A stretch of DNA of 64,000 nt from Setoptus koraiensis (GCA_048013815.1 CM106586.1:23312001-23376000), one strand, 5' to 3'; counted from the first letter of the stretch, positions 24,244 through 37,372 are shown. The notes: generated by a model not told the origin, from the sequence alone. A program made the numbers and translations.

Positions 24244-26041
24244 GCTGATTGGTTGGTGTGAAACGTCCATCGGAAAATGATACGATAATAAAAAAGTACA
24301 AAATGAAAGCATTCTAATAACAACTAACCAACCGATTGTCGCCATTTTATTTTATAAATCCTTTGTGAAAAAAACAACCGAAAACATTCTGGTTGAGCAA
24401 TAACTCTGAAAACCTTCTTTTGCACCAAACCTAAGTATCTACATAACTCATTTTTTCCTTTTCTTTCATAAAAACTGAATACAGTATGTTATCGATTTTT
24501 CATTAATTGCCCGATACCACGTCCAAGCTTGATGTTTACTAAGAACGCAACTGAATCTAATGTTAAGTAATATGTCTATGTCGTAATAGGTAGAAGAAAA
24601 CGTAAGATAATCTGAAAAACTTATTTTCGCATAAACCACGAATTCCGAGAATCGAAACTCACAAAAAATGACTTTGTTCCTTCTAATAATCATCAGTAGG
24701 GACAACAAAATCGGCGGTTAAGAATCGAGAAATTCGGTTTTTAAATGAGCAAACCCTACGATTTTTCGGTTTTTTCGTTTTTAATGAAAATTTTTATATT
24801 GAATTCCTACAACAATATCTAGTTGCAAGTTGCAACTGTCAAAGAAGAGAGCTACTGTTCACAGCAGACAGACTGGCGCCGAGTGCTGCAGTTTGAACAA
24901 CAACGCAATCAAACACTGTGTGCTGATCGCTTCAACTGACCGTCTGTCATAGCAACAACAGCACACGTTTTTAAGCATAAAATAGATGAAAATCGGCGTT
25001 TTCGGTGTTAACAAATGCGTCTCAAACGACGTATCTAGTTGTACTATATGTCGCCCTACAAATTTTCAGGACTGTATCTCCACTCGTTGTGGATCGGTTT
25101 TTAGCCGATTTTGTTGTCTCTAATCATCGGATAATACCCGAAAAGAGCTAGTTGACCGAGCAACAAGTTGTTTCGTCTTCTCTGTTGAAATTCATTCTTT
25201 TTGTCAGTGGCAGATAATACTATGAAATAAGGTTTCTCTCTAGCCGCTAGTTGAGAGCCCTATTATTTGTCTCGCTTGCAGTTGGCGTTAATCTATTCTT
25301 GGCATCGTAGTCGAGAATAGTAATAATGTGAGATTACATTACAATGTGTGTACAGTGTATGTACGGCGCTCAGATGCTAGCGGAACCGTTCGATGATGCG
25401 TATGTATCTAGGGTGGGGTTCATGTTTCCATCATCGATTCGATCGTTGTTCAAATCGGATGAGAATGCAAAAATCAAATTTTAGATTCAAACTATTGGCT
25501 TTCATGTTGGATATTAGACGATGTACAGAGCCTCACAACTCTATTATTCCATTTGGGATATTCTATATGTGCAAGAACTTTCTGCCATCGACAACGGCTA
25601 ATGTCTTCTAATCCGGATGAAGCTCGATCATAAAGAAACACGGAAATGCAAACTGAGATCGCCAAAAGCACTAATGCCGTCATCTCTCCATCGAAAGCCT
25701 CATGTGTCGTGTTGCAATGATGAGGACTAAGAGTATTGACACTAATCAAAGAATGACTAAATATGGTAACAAGTCTGACCAGCATGGCAGCCTGCCTGAA
25801 TCAAGCATGGTGGCGATGAAATTGGACAAAAAATCAAAAGCAAGATCTTGGTGCTGAAAAGTGATAAGGAAAAGTTGAGATATATGACGCATAACAGGAG
25901 GTTCCGAATGATTGTTGCTTTATTGTCCTAGCTGAACCATTTGAATAAATCTGTAACTGTTGATCTCATTTGGATGGGTAAATTATTAGATTAGTTGTGA
26001 AGTCATGGAAAAAAAATTTATTGTTAGAAAGACACCAATAG

Positions 26042-28252
26042 TTACTTACTGCTCCTAGAGGCCCTCGGTGCTGCACTGAACATTGACTCTAGCTGGTCTG
26101 AGGTGAGCTGATTGCAAGTTTGCAACATTACATGCTGCTGGTTGTCGTTACTCATGCTGTTGCCCTCATTAGATATATCATTGTCAGTTGGTGTGCTCAT
26201 CAGATTAGAGGAGCACAATACCGACGAAAAGAGTTGACGTTTTTTCGGGCATATGTGCGACATGAATTCAACAGAGGCACCCAGAAACAAAGAGTTATAT
26301 GAGGTACCAGTTAAAGTGACAATAGCACGATTAAATGTCTGAATGTCACCATCAAATGTTATCAGACCTGTCCACAGGGATCCAGACCCCAATTTATTGC
26401 CATTCAAATCGGTCAGTTTGCTCATGGTTATATCAAATTTTTGTCCACTGGTTTCATTTAGCAGCGTTAATTGTTTCACTGTTGTAATGATTGGTTCGCT
26501 ACTCCTAACAGTGGCAGTTGCCTGTGAATCGGTCGGAATATTGGTGTACAGTTTCACTTGGTAATGTTGCAGACAGTAAGATTGGGTTGCTGAATTGCCA
26601 CTATTGACATAATATGCCTCCTTGGATTGCATATTGAGACTCTTGAATATTCTGAAATTATTCCTCAACAGTCCTGCCACTAGGCCATGTTGATCAGATT
26701 GATCAAATTCCGTGCTGTTTGGCTTGAAGGCAATTTTGTTTTGAATTTTTTCTTCATATTCATCATGTCCCAAATTTATGGGAAAATTCACCAGAGTACA
26801 GCGGCTTTCGTCCGATTGACAATTACGACAAGCACCCCTGCTGAATTCGTCGTAGTTCTTGCATTGATAGGCCACCATGTGACAGTGTTCGGTTGGTTCA
26901 TATGTCATCACATTGTAAGCAACCTGATGGGAGCAGGGTGAATCCCAATTGGCGCAACCTGAAATCATTATTTCATAAGATCGTTATTGTGCGAATAAAA
27001 GAATTAGAGGTAGGCAATTGCATCAGTTGCGACAGACTTAAACAGCAACAAGTCGGAAGAGTGCAGAATGATGCGTCAAATGGCCGATTAGTGACCAGTC
27101 AAGTCACATCACTCAACAGTTATAATAATTCAGAGATAATTCACAGTTAGTATAATTCGAATGAAAACAAATCTGTAATTACCTGGTTGTAGAGAGCCCC
27201 CGTTCAGGTAGACATCTCGTGAGCCTATTTGTTGTAGTGCGCCTAATAAGCCTGAATTGGAATGGATTATGTCCACATACTGGGCATCTTTTGCATCGAT
27301 GCGATCCTTGGGATAGACCAACTGAAAGCACGGACCAGCCGGATCTAGGCCAGTGATTCGCGCCAATCTAACTCCGGCCGGTAGATTTTGTTGTAGATAT
27401 TTGCCTGCAAATCCAACAACGTGAGCACCCAAACTGTGACCAATCAAATGAGTATGGTCAAATCTGGCCCCAATCGCCTGGTTCATTCTAATGAGGAATG
27501 ATCCCAAGTAGGAGCCTAGAGTTCGCGTTGTTCCCGCAACAATACCGTAGCCTTTGATGAGACCATCGCGTTCTTTAACAAATCCATTTGGCCAATTAAA
27601 TACAAACACATTGTAGGTGGTGCTTGGCGATTTGTCTAGGACGTCTATCATCGACTGAATCCAATCGTCGCTAGCGGCCACATCGAACGCTTAATTGTAG
27701 AAACGTAATGCGAATTACAGTATAAGTTAGGGATCAATTGACACTGCACGAGAGAATGGCGGCTATCCAAACGGTCGGGTGCTTGAACGAGGCGAAGAGA
27801 GATACCGAAAAATGTTACTCACAATTGTCAAATCCGTGAGCTATCACTTTGATTGGCAGGCTAGAATTTATGTTGGCCTCTTTGAAATCTTGATTGGTGT
27901 AGCCCAATTTGAATACGTGCCTCGGTGATTTGGCATTCTGTTGGCTATTCTTGTTTTGGCCAACTTGAAAATAATAAATTTCCGGTTGTATTTTGTCCAA
28001 TGACAACTGTTTACCTTCATTTCCCAAGCATTGTTTTGTTTCGTCGAACATCCAAGCGAGACTTTGCTCCTTTTTTGATTGACCCACTACAGCACCACCA
28101 GTCAACAGAATCAACACTGGTATTATGATTAGCGTCATTGATGATGCATTTTCGATGAAGGACATTAGTCTTTTGGGCAACATGTTGATGATGAATAGAC
28201 GACCAACTTTTCTTTCTGGTCGAAAGCTGTCGAGCTCTGATTGATTGAGCAA
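26042..28252 (-). CDS. Pancreatic-lipase-family triacylglycerol lipase/phospholipase A1; 3 exons: 28252 (or a downstream Met)-27824, 27689-27183, 26958-26042
   Basis: Motifs VIAHGF, HLIGHSLGAH (Ser), ITGLDPAGP (Asp), DAQYVDIIHS and CSHQVA (His). GT-AG introns restore the frame. Signal-like segment in exon 1. Confidence 0.9.
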
Positions 28253-29399
28253 TTAAAAACTATTCACCGGTTGATTGTGAAAATGAATGGTAGACGATTC
28301 AGTTGAGTGTTGTTGTTTATATTTTCGAAACCTTGGGGGCTCGTTCGTCATCGCCAGAAATGAATACATCGTCTCTGGTATAATCAGAGACTTTCTGTTT
28401 TATTTTGCATGGTGACACAGAAAGAAAAATAAGCAGAATGATGCTATCATTCATTCCATTTGTCCATGAATAATCATGATGATGTGTGCATATATCAACC
28501 TGATGTGATTTCACGACACCATGTTTATATACAATCGCTGTTGATTTGTTATGTCTGCGATGAGGTTAATCAGGCGTGTTGGTGAATGAAATTCTTTCTC
28601 TTACGTTGACATGTAGAGGCAATAATGAATGCGAGCCCAACTATCACAGTTGCACTCGATGTAGTTAGTAGTAATAACGTAATGATATTTTGTACAATGT
28701 TAGATGCCTAAATAGATGCATTTTGTTTACCGTCAGAGCAAAGGAGTAATGGCAGTGATTATATTATTATTTTGTCTGTGCCTAAACAAGACACAAATAA
28801 ATATTTCATATATCACACTTGACTAGTTACGAGCCATTGGTTTCCAATTCGAATGTATAAACAGATATAACAGCAAGTGCAGCCGTATACGATTGTCAGG
28901 CTAGATCCTGCTTCGACGCAAATCGCGAAAATGTTTTCATTTTTGTCAGTCGCCTCTACAACTTTTTACTGTGCATTCATTGTGTTTGCTTACCATTTAT
29001 CTAGTCGTTGATAATAGACAAACCGGCTTTAGTGATTTCCGTTCAACAGACAAACAAACAAACAATTACTGTCAAGTGCAAGTTTCACAATTCTATGGTG
29101 TTAGCATGACATGGTCACCCAAGAAAAATCTCCTTAAGCTGGCCGATATTGAGAGAGTTGGCTAGTTGCAAAGGTGTGCAATTGTCTAGATGAAGTAAGC
29201 AGATTTTAGCTAATATATACATAACAACAAGTTCGATTAAATTATATATACATGCGTTGTATATATTCTCGATTGTGGACGATTAAATGGGTGCTAATGA
29301 GTTTCTGACAAAAGCGACCGAGGTATTTCTCTGCAGCATCGACATTCTTTTGGGGTCGCTATCTGGCCTGTTCTTTGTCTAACCAATCTATAGAAATTG

Positions 29400-29625
29400 A
29401 CTTGTTATGAGTGTCAACTTGGAGAATTGATTTGTTTCACGATCAACACTAGCAATGACCTCGTGTAAAATCTATATTCGGCAGCCTCAACAGTGGCTCG
29501 AGCCGAACAAATCAATTGACGCTGACCAACATTAAAATTGGACCGAGTGTCAGTGAGTTTCGGCGCGGTTGGACAGCATTCAGAGCGCGCCACAACAGAA
29601 AGCGGTAGTCATCGAATCGATTTAC
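29400..29625 (-). pseudogene. Decayed ABCC NBD2 relic 2
   Basis: 29489-29539 translates as NFNVGQRQLICSARATV; flanks align to ABCC 39350-39590 with indels. Confidence 0.8.
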
Positions 29626-30035
29626 AACGACTGGTCATCGAGGAATCCGATCAGAAAGTTCAATGAAGGTGAATGAATCAAGTCAAGAATAGAAAATTGG
29701 TAGCTCAATTAAGGAGAAGGGTTTCATTGCGAGCATGGTGAAACTGCAATTGCACGAAAGAAAGCTTTATGTTATGCATCTCAGTTTGCAAACATGTATC
29801 GATATGCTCTATAGTGGGTACAATATTTTTGGATGGATTTTCCTGATGTGGGCCAATCTCGAGCCGATCGCTTCCATATTTTATAGCCAGGGCATAGGAT
29901 TGAGTCCTAGACACTATTCCATCCCTCTTCGTTTCGCCAAATGCAATGGATTCTATCAACATTCTTCATTGGATACCTGTGTACATATATGCAATCAAGG
30001 AGTGTAATTTCCAAGCGAGAACTACCATTTGTGAG

Positions 30036-31457
30036 TTATAAACGTTGAATTCTAGGTGTTTTTTGCGATGATCTCAATGGTACCATTGAAGGACCAGAAT
30101 TGACAACTGGATCACGTTTTTGCTTTGCGTCTTGTGCCGCGTCCTTCTTAACAACTTTAGCATAGAGAATGTAACCAGCGATAGCGAACAGCAATAGTAG
30201 AGCTACGGCGATGGCGGCAAATGACAGTGGAGATCCACTCGGGTTGATCGTCGTCCCCGTCGCAGGATGTTCGGGCTTAGCACCTTGGTCATGCTCGGGT
30301 TGTCTAGTGACCTCCTTACACGTGAGATTCTCCAATTCACTCTCACTGGTCTCTTGAAAACTCTTGCCACTGTGATAACATGAAGCCCTGATCTTTCTGA
30401 AACTTTCTTGTTTCTTGAGAGCTGCGCAAACGTGTGAGTATTCGCAATCAACTTGATCAGAACCATCATCATCACTATCATGAAAGATTGTCAGACCCTT
30501 ACTAACCATTTGACCCAGTTCTTCCGGATGACTTTTCTCGTACTTGTTGATATCTAGAGAAATTTCCAAAATTCCCTTGTTGTCCAAGTATCCCTTTCCC
30601 TTAATTGCCGAGTATATACTGCCTGTTATAACGAGGCCCTTGAACGCAATACGTATTGTTGGTGGATTACCGCCTCCACCAGCAATTGGATGAATGTAAA
30701 GAGTATTATTTCTTAATTCCAAGGTGGCAAGTTTGTCTGAATTCAATGTTGTAAACGTTAACGTCTTATTCTTGCCATGCTCTGGATAAACATATATATA
30801 TCCTTGGGATTTATCTAAAACCAAATCTTCGAAATAATAGGTCTGACTCACCAAATTTACGTTATCGGATATAATTGATAAAGTTCCTGCGACATTCTGG
30901 TTATTTTGATTCTGTCCGGAGACATAATGTGAGACATAAGTTATTTTCATTGTCGAAAATGAGTCTATTTCTTTGGATAAATCTTGATAGATGATTACAT
31001 TTCTTAGCGTAAGCTTCTTTATTTTGATTCCTTTGTACTTTTCGTAGCCTCTGAATGTGCTGTTACTGGGATTATTTGGACCTTCAATTGTGACTTCTTC
31101 GAAAGATATATTTTTATCATCAAAATCGATTGGACCATTCAATATTTTATCCAGTTTGAATTGTAGATAAACTTTAAATTCTAAATTAGCACTCTGTTTC
31201 TGCTCAATTATGTTCGCGCACAGTAAATTTGTATAAGAATCTCCTTTGAATATTGAACATTTTACATCTATTTGATTGTCATTTGTATCATACTCGCAAA
31301 TAATATTTGAGCCAAACATACACTGCACACTGGCTCTTAGTTCGCGTTGAGATGATTGATTTTCTGCAAGATACACTTGCTGTGTGGTACCAAAAATTGT
31401 GCATGTTGATATACTGACTACGAAAATAAAGCAAAAGACTGAGTGACCATAAGCCAT
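30036..31457 (-). CDS. Orphan type I membrane protein, paralog D; probable start MAYGHS at 31457
   Basis: Open frame with both Cys caps, stalk and TM. The ancestral ATG of MFRV is AAG here and out of frame by one base. Confidence 0.8.
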   Translation of the reverse strand: MAYGHSVFCFIFVVSISTCTIFGTTQQVYLAENQSSQRELRASVQCMFGSNIICEYDTNDNQIDVKCSIFKGDSYTNLLCANIIEQKQSANLEFKVYLQFKLDKILNGPIDFDDKNISFEEVTIEGPNNPSNSTFRGYEKYKGIKIKKLTLRNVIIYQDLSKEIDSFSTMKITYVSHYVSGQNQNNQNVAGTLSIISDNVNLVSQTYYFEDLVLDKSQGYIYVYPEHGKNKTLTFTTLNSDKLATLELRNNTLYIHPIAGGGGNPPTIRIAFKGLVITGSIYSAIKGKGYLDNKGILEISLDINKYEKSHPEELGQMVSKGLTIFHDSDDDGSDQVDCEYSHVCAALKKQESFRKIRASCYHSGKSFQETSESELENLTCKEVTRQPEHDQGAKPEHPATGTTINPSGSPLSFAAIAVALLLLFAIAGYILYAKVVKKDAAQDAKQKRDPVVNSGPSMVPLRSSQKTPRIQRL

Positions 31458-32734
31458 TGCGATTTTTGACACGAAACTTCTTGGAATAATTGTTCGCTGA
31501 GGACCAGAAAATCGAGTATCGTTGATAATAATTCTATACTTCAATTGAGTGAGTGAGATTATGATCGTTGAGCACTCATGTAGAGACTATATCTTTTATG
31601 TAAATGGCAGTGATGCTCGTGACGAGCCCGAAAATATGTTTTGCAGACGATAATTTAGAGAAAGTGAGTCGCGTGTGTCGCATCATGCTACATGTAACAT
31701 GTTAATTTCTTTTTCGTTGCATTACACACGCTGTATCACCTGACAAATCTCTATCAGTATACAGTGTATGTGAAACAATCATATCTGACAGAGAAATTAA
31801 CAAGGAGATCATCAACGAGACAAAAACATCCGATCCAAAAAGAATCGTGTTTATCGTGTATATCACTGAATCAATGTATTCGTTTATAGTTATCAGCAGT
31901 AATAGCGATTGTTGCTCAATACTGGGATCGTCAGATCCCATGATCGCGGAAGGTCGGGGCTTGGAAATAAAATTTCCTCTTACATCCCACCGACGCCCTT
32001 TATTTTAGACTTTCAACCCTTCCCTCCCGTTGATAATAGTTCTATACTTCAATTGAGTGAGTGAGATTATGATCGTTGGGCACTCATGTAGAGACTATAT
32101 CTTTTATGTAAAGGGCAGTGATGCTCGTGACGAGCGCGAAAATATGTTTTGCAGACGATCATTTCGAGAAAGTTAGAGGCTCATGTCTCGTGATGCTTGC
32201 TGCTTTGTGTTTGCGTTATCTTCTGGAACTATCAAACTTGATTGAGAGATTCAAGAATCTAGACGAAAACATTTGATCCAGATATCGTCGTGTATCACTG
32301 AATCAATGTATTTGTTTATAATCATTAGCCTTCTGCCTCAATCTCAATCGATAATATTCAATGATGCGATCGTTAGATTCTGTGATCGCGGGAGATCGGA
32401 GCTTAGGGATGAATTTCCTCGTACCTCCATCCTACTCTAGATAGGTCCAGGCATCTTAACCGTCCGTTCAAGTAACCGCTAAGTGGTTCTAGGTGGGGGA
32501 GAGGTCGCAATCCCGACAGCAAGAGAAAACGCACCAACTGATGTGTTAAATGGCAGCAGTTTGTTTGTTGTTGGAGCGAAAGAGTTATGGCACTGATTAC
32601 ATGTGTGTCATTATTTTGTCTGTGCTTAAACGCTTCACAAATAAACATTTCCTAGATCGGGATATACGCTGCATCGACGTATTTGGGGAATGATATCTGG
32701 CCTGTTCTTTGTCTAGCCAAACTATCGGAACCGA

Positions 32735-33055
32735 CTGATGGTGGTCAACTTGAAGAATTCATCGGTCTCGCGATCAACATTGGCACTGGCTTTGTCGTAA
32801 ATCTATATTCTATAGCTTTCAACAGTGGCTCGAGCCAAACAAATCAATTGACGTTGCTAACCAGCGCTAAAATTGGCTTCAGTTTCAATCATTACTAATA
32901 ATAGTACTTCTCAGTTTCACAGCATTCCGAGCGTGCTATAACGAACTGTCGCTGTAATCATCAAATTGATCTAGTTTTCTCCGTCGCTCCCAGTGAATAA
33001 ATTTAATAAATTTAATATTGGCTCCTCTGGAATATCACTGAAGTTTCTTCGTAAC
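32735..33055 (-). pseudogene. Decayed ABCC NBD2 relic 3
   Basis: 32821-32874 translates as NFSAG*QRQLICLARATV. Around 33015-33055 it matches the LRKKISIIPQEPIL codons. Confidence 0.85.
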
Positions 33056-33965
33056 TCAGTGGAGCCTACGAATCCAGACGTAGGCCTACCTAGAACGACC
33101 AACTTCACATTCAGAGAGGACAGGGTGCCATTGGATTACTGCATCCTTCCATGGCCAATAGCAGCGATGGCGGTCAATATTCACTGACGATATTCTAGGG
33201 TGTGACGATCGGTGGATGTCGGGCGATCCTCGGCCCCGAGATAATTGAGAAGTAAATACCAACAATCTCTAGCGTCCCGTTATGCAGGTCCTAGGTTGAT
33301 AATAAAGAATACATGTATCGGCATATTTGAATGTTATTTGCTCAAGATACTTTTTTTGTTCATTTCAAAGGTCCCAACCATGTAGAGTGGCAGGCAACAG
33401 GTCTGTGCCATGCAGCAGAATCGGGAGTTCAATAGTTGAATATATAACTTCGTTGTATATATCGATGGAACAGTGATGAGGGGTCACTCAACGGAACGGT
33501 TTTCATCAGACTACTGCTTGCTCAATCGGAGACAATTTCTTCGCCTATATACATATATGCCACAATGTAACAGGGAATCAACTTGATTATCATGATCACA
33601 CCCATCAGTTTCTTGCACAAAGGAGGGATGCACATCTGCTCTTGAAAATATATACACATGTATCATGTTTGAGTGTAAGAAGCATCGTTTTCTCCTACTG
33701 TCTGACGGTCTTGGTATCAACAAAACTCATTCGCAGAATTGCGTCGCCTTTTATAACCAATTGTTCCAAATTTTGTAATGAGGGCTTCTCGGTTGAACCT
33801 TTATACTAATAATATCATGTAGGTCGATCGATAAACAGACTGAATAACTCAAAGATACACTGGTGACTATTTCCGGTACGCTGTCGGTCGCCGGACAAAG
33901 CAGATAGTATCAATATCTTTGGTTGGTTTATTAGGTGCATATATAAAATCAAGAAGCGAAAGTTT

Positions 33966-35486
33966 TCATTCAGCAATACTACTCGTGAGTGACAAACGTT
34001 TAAAAGAATTAGGTAAAGAAGGAGCTGAAGAATTAGGTGAAGAATGAGGTGAAGAACGAGGTGAAGAACGAGGTGAAGAACGAGGTTTCCTCCGAGACCG
34101 CGATGACCTACGGCGTGCATCGACAACTGTAGTGACAGGAAATGAGAGTCTAGGTCTTTCTTCTGGAACGATGACTTTAGGACGACTTTTGCAACAAAGT
34201 ATTAAGCACATTACAGCTATTATCACTGCAACAATAATCGAGGCGATAATCACAATCCATTTGTATTGACTCTTCGGGTATTGAGGTGCATCACTACATG
34301 CGAGATTATCAAATTCAGTTTTGTCCATATCTTGAAATTTTTTGCCACTGTGATAACATGAAGCTCTGATCTTTCTGAAACTTTCTTGTTTCTTGAGCGC
34401 TTCGCAAACGTGTGAGTATTCGCAATCAACTTGATCAGAACTAGCCTCATCACTATCATGAAAGATTGTTACACCCTTACTAACCATTTGACCCAGTTCT
34501 TCCGGATGACTTTTCTCGTACTTGTTAATATCTAGAGAAATCTCCAAAATTCCCTTGTTGTCCAAATATCCCTGTTTACCAGTAATTGCCGAGTACATTA
34601 TACTGCCTGTTATAATGAGGCCCTTGAACGCAAAACGTATTGTTGGTGGATTACCGCCTCCACCAGCAATTGGATGAATGTAAAGAGTATTATTTCTTAA
34701 TTCCAAGGTGGCAAGTTTGTCTGAATTCAATGTTGTAAACGTTAACGTCTTATTCTTGCCATGCTCTGGAGAAACATGTATATATCCTTTGAATTTATCT
34801 AAAACCAAATCTTCGAAGTGATAGGTCTGACTCACCCAATCTAAGTTGTCTGATATAATTGATAAAGTTCCTGCGACATTCGGGTTATTGTGATTCTGTC
34901 CGGAGACATAATGTGATACAGCATTTATTTTAATCGACTCGAATGATCCGCTTTCTTCATTGGATAAATCTCGAAAGATCACATTTCTTAGCGAGAGATT
35001 CTTTATTTTTATTTCTTTGTACTTTTCGTAGCCTCTAAATGTGCTGCTACTGGGATCATTTGGACCCTCAATCGTGACTTCTTCGAAAGATATAGCTTTG
35101 TCATCAAAACTAATTGGACCATTCAATATTTTATCCAGTTTGAATTGTAGATTAACTTTCAAGTTTTGATTTGCACTCTGTTTCTGTTCAATGTGCACCG
35201 GACAGTCAGCAATAGAATCGCTGTTGCCGTCTGATGTTCCGCATTTTATATTCAATCGATCATCATCTGCATCAATGGAACAGATAATCCCCGAACCGAA
35301 TTTACATTGCTCACTGGATCTTGGTTTGCGCTGATATGAAGATGATTGATTCACTGCAAGAGGTTCATGTGTATCCAAATCTTGCTGTATGGTACCAAAA
35401 ATTGTACAAGGTAATAGCACAGCTACAAATATGAAACCAAACAATGAGTGACCATAAGTGACCCTGTGATTGTGGACACGAAACAT
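33966..35486 (-). CDS. Orphan type I membrane protein, paralog E; probable start MFRVHN at 35486; Ser-Pro-Arg repeat tail
   Basis: Cys caps, TM WIVIIASIIVAVIIAVMCLILCC, and tail RRRSSRSRRKPRSSPRSSPRSSPHSSPNSS. Confidence 0.85.
   Translation of the reverse strand: MFRVHNHRVTYGHSLFGFIFVAVLLPCTIFGTIQQDLDTHEPLAVNQSSSYQRKPRSSEQCKFGSGIICSIDADDDRLNIKCGTSDGNSDSIADCPVHIEQKQSANQNLKVNLQFKLDKILNGPISFDDKAISFEEVTIEGPNDPSSSTFRGYEKYKEIKIKNLSLRNVIFRDLSNEESGSFESIKINAVSHYVSGQNHNNPNVAGTLSIISDNLDWVSQTYHFEDLVLDKFKGYIHVSPEHGKNKTLTFTTLNSDKLATLELRNNTLYIHPIAGGGGNPPTIRFAFKGLIITGSIMYSAITGKQGYLDNKGILEISLDINKYEKSHPEELGQMVSKGVTIFHDSDEASSDQVDCEYSHVCEALKKQESFRKIRASCYHSGKKFQDMDKTEFDNLACSDAPQYPKSQYKWIVIIASIIVAVIIAVMCLILCCKSRPKVIVPEERPRLSFPVTTVVDARRRSSRSRRKPRSSPRSSPRSSPHSSPNSSAPSLPNSFKRLSLTSSIAE
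34027..34086 (-). repeat. 12-bp coding tandem repeat (gaagaacgaggt-like, 5 units) encoding P[R/H/N]SS
   Basis: Directly visible at 34027-34086. Confidence 0.9.
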
Positions 35487-35809
35487 CTCGGTATATTTGC
35501 TCGCTGAACAACAGAGAAGTGAGTGTCGTTGAGAATACTGGTATGATTGATTCGAATCAGTGAGATCATGATCGTTATGCAATCAGGCAGAAATTGCATA
35601 CAGTATGTAGAATGCCAGGGGTATGTCGATGATGCTCGTGACGAGTACGAAAATATATGATACAGAAGATCAGCTGAAGAAAGAGAGATGTGTGTCTCGT
35701 GATGCTGATTGCTTAGTCACCTGGAACGATTATATTATCCGAGATTTTTCGAAATTTAGGAAGAATCTTCAGAGAGCCGAAAAGCACCTCCCTTCTGCTT
35801 GAATTGGCA

Positions 35810-37372
35810 CTACTTTAGTTCTGGCTGTATTTCCTTCTGTCTCTTGTGGTTTTTCTTGGCCAGTGACAGAAATCTCTCGTGCTGGCCCGTATTCATGGAC
35901 ATCTCATAGAAGATGCCTGTATTTGATTTGAGAAGGTCATATGGGGTATCAAATTGTTTGATTTGGCCAGAGTCCATCACAAGTACCCTGTCCGAGTCCA
36001 TAATTGTGTGCAATCTATGCGCGATAGTCAGGACAGTACAATCACGAAATTGACTTCGAATGGTTCTCTGAATGAATTGATCCGTTTCAGGATCAACATT
36101 AGCTGTGGCTTCGTCTAAAATCAATATTCTGTTGCTTCTAACAATGGCTCGAGCCAAACAAATCAATTGACGCTGACCAACACTAAAATTGGCCCCATTT
36201 TCGCTGATTTTGAATTGAAGGCCGCCTGGTGACCGCTTGGCAATTATACCCCTCAATTTCACAGCCGAACCATCTTAAGTGCCTCCTCGTCCACGATTTC
36301 GTCTTTAGTAAGCTTCTCTTGTTTTGCCCTGTTCGCTGTTACAAACATTTTCTGGGGCAATTGTCTCGACGCACGGGCCTCATCGAAGAAATCGTGGCTA
36401 TAATTGAGTGTAGTCGAGTACTCGCTCGAGGCCATAATTTCCTCTAGTGTTCCAAAGGCGTATGTGGGCGAAGCCGATCGGCTGTTTTGCATAACTAATA
36501 TCTTGGTGGCTTGATGCAAAAATTGCAACTGATGCGTAGCCAGCAAAACAGTTTTGTCTCTCAGAAATGATTGCATACAATGTTCGAATATGTGCTTGGC
36601 CACCGATGAATCCATCGCGCGAGTCGCGAACTGCATCAAACAATTTATTCATAACAAATTGAAAACATAAATAGATACCTATGGCAATGGCGCCCACTAG
36701 AGCTGGCAGCGGTCCAACATACATAGAGGCTAATATTGTAATGCAAATTGACGCCTGCAATTGGGCTACGCATAAATAGGACAAATAATAGAAGCTTGAA
36801 TCGAATTTGTTGACGTCGTTGGATAATAAATTTATTATCTGGCCGGATGTGGTCATATTAATTGACGATTGACTCAATACCAATGATTTTCTGTAAATAA
36901 TAAAGCTGCAAGCTAGTCGGCATCTCATACCCAAACGAGTTGAAGTGAATATATACGGATGCGAAGTGAATAAATATAATGCCATTAGCGTGCTCAATAG
37001 AGCACTTCTAAAGATAATTGTGTATCTATCATTATCGTTTAATTGTGTCAGCAGTTGGCGACTTAATTGATTTGAATGCAAATACATCGTTGTATGATTG
37101 TTGGCAACTGTAACAAGCGAATCGTTATTGTTATCATAATGAAAGGGTTGAATTGGAGTAGATGTTTGCTGCATTGAATGTCTAACCAGCAATTTTTGTA
37201 CATCTCTCAAAAGTAGCCTCATTGCAATAGCAATAGCAGGGCCAATGACACATTTGCTCAACATCTCCCATAGGGCACAACGAGAATAATGCCAGCCAAT
37301 CGCTTGCAATAGGGCACTTTTGAGGCTTTCACCCTGGGAGCCCCGCTTTTTCAGCTCAGATTTCCAAACAAT
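35810..37372 (-). pseudogene. Recent, internally deleted ABCC duplicate (TMD1 part + end of NBD1 + end of NBD2)
   Basis: Near-identical to ABCC ~44280-43528, then ~42275-41924, then ~39549-39096. Junctions at ~36625 and ~36265 are frameshifting, and there is no start codon. Confidence 0.95.

Noticed and set aside
22646-31941. Recurring ORFs starting MGSDDPSIE(Q/H)QSLLL… (22646-22858, 23127-23516, 31702-31941)
   Set aside because: They recur only because the upstream region is recently duplicated. Their ends differ, and the frame is not kept upstream of A, B or E.
33511-33723. ORF containing HDNQVDS resembling the receptor C-cap
   Set aside because: Similarity is limited to a few codons, and the Cys pattern is absent.
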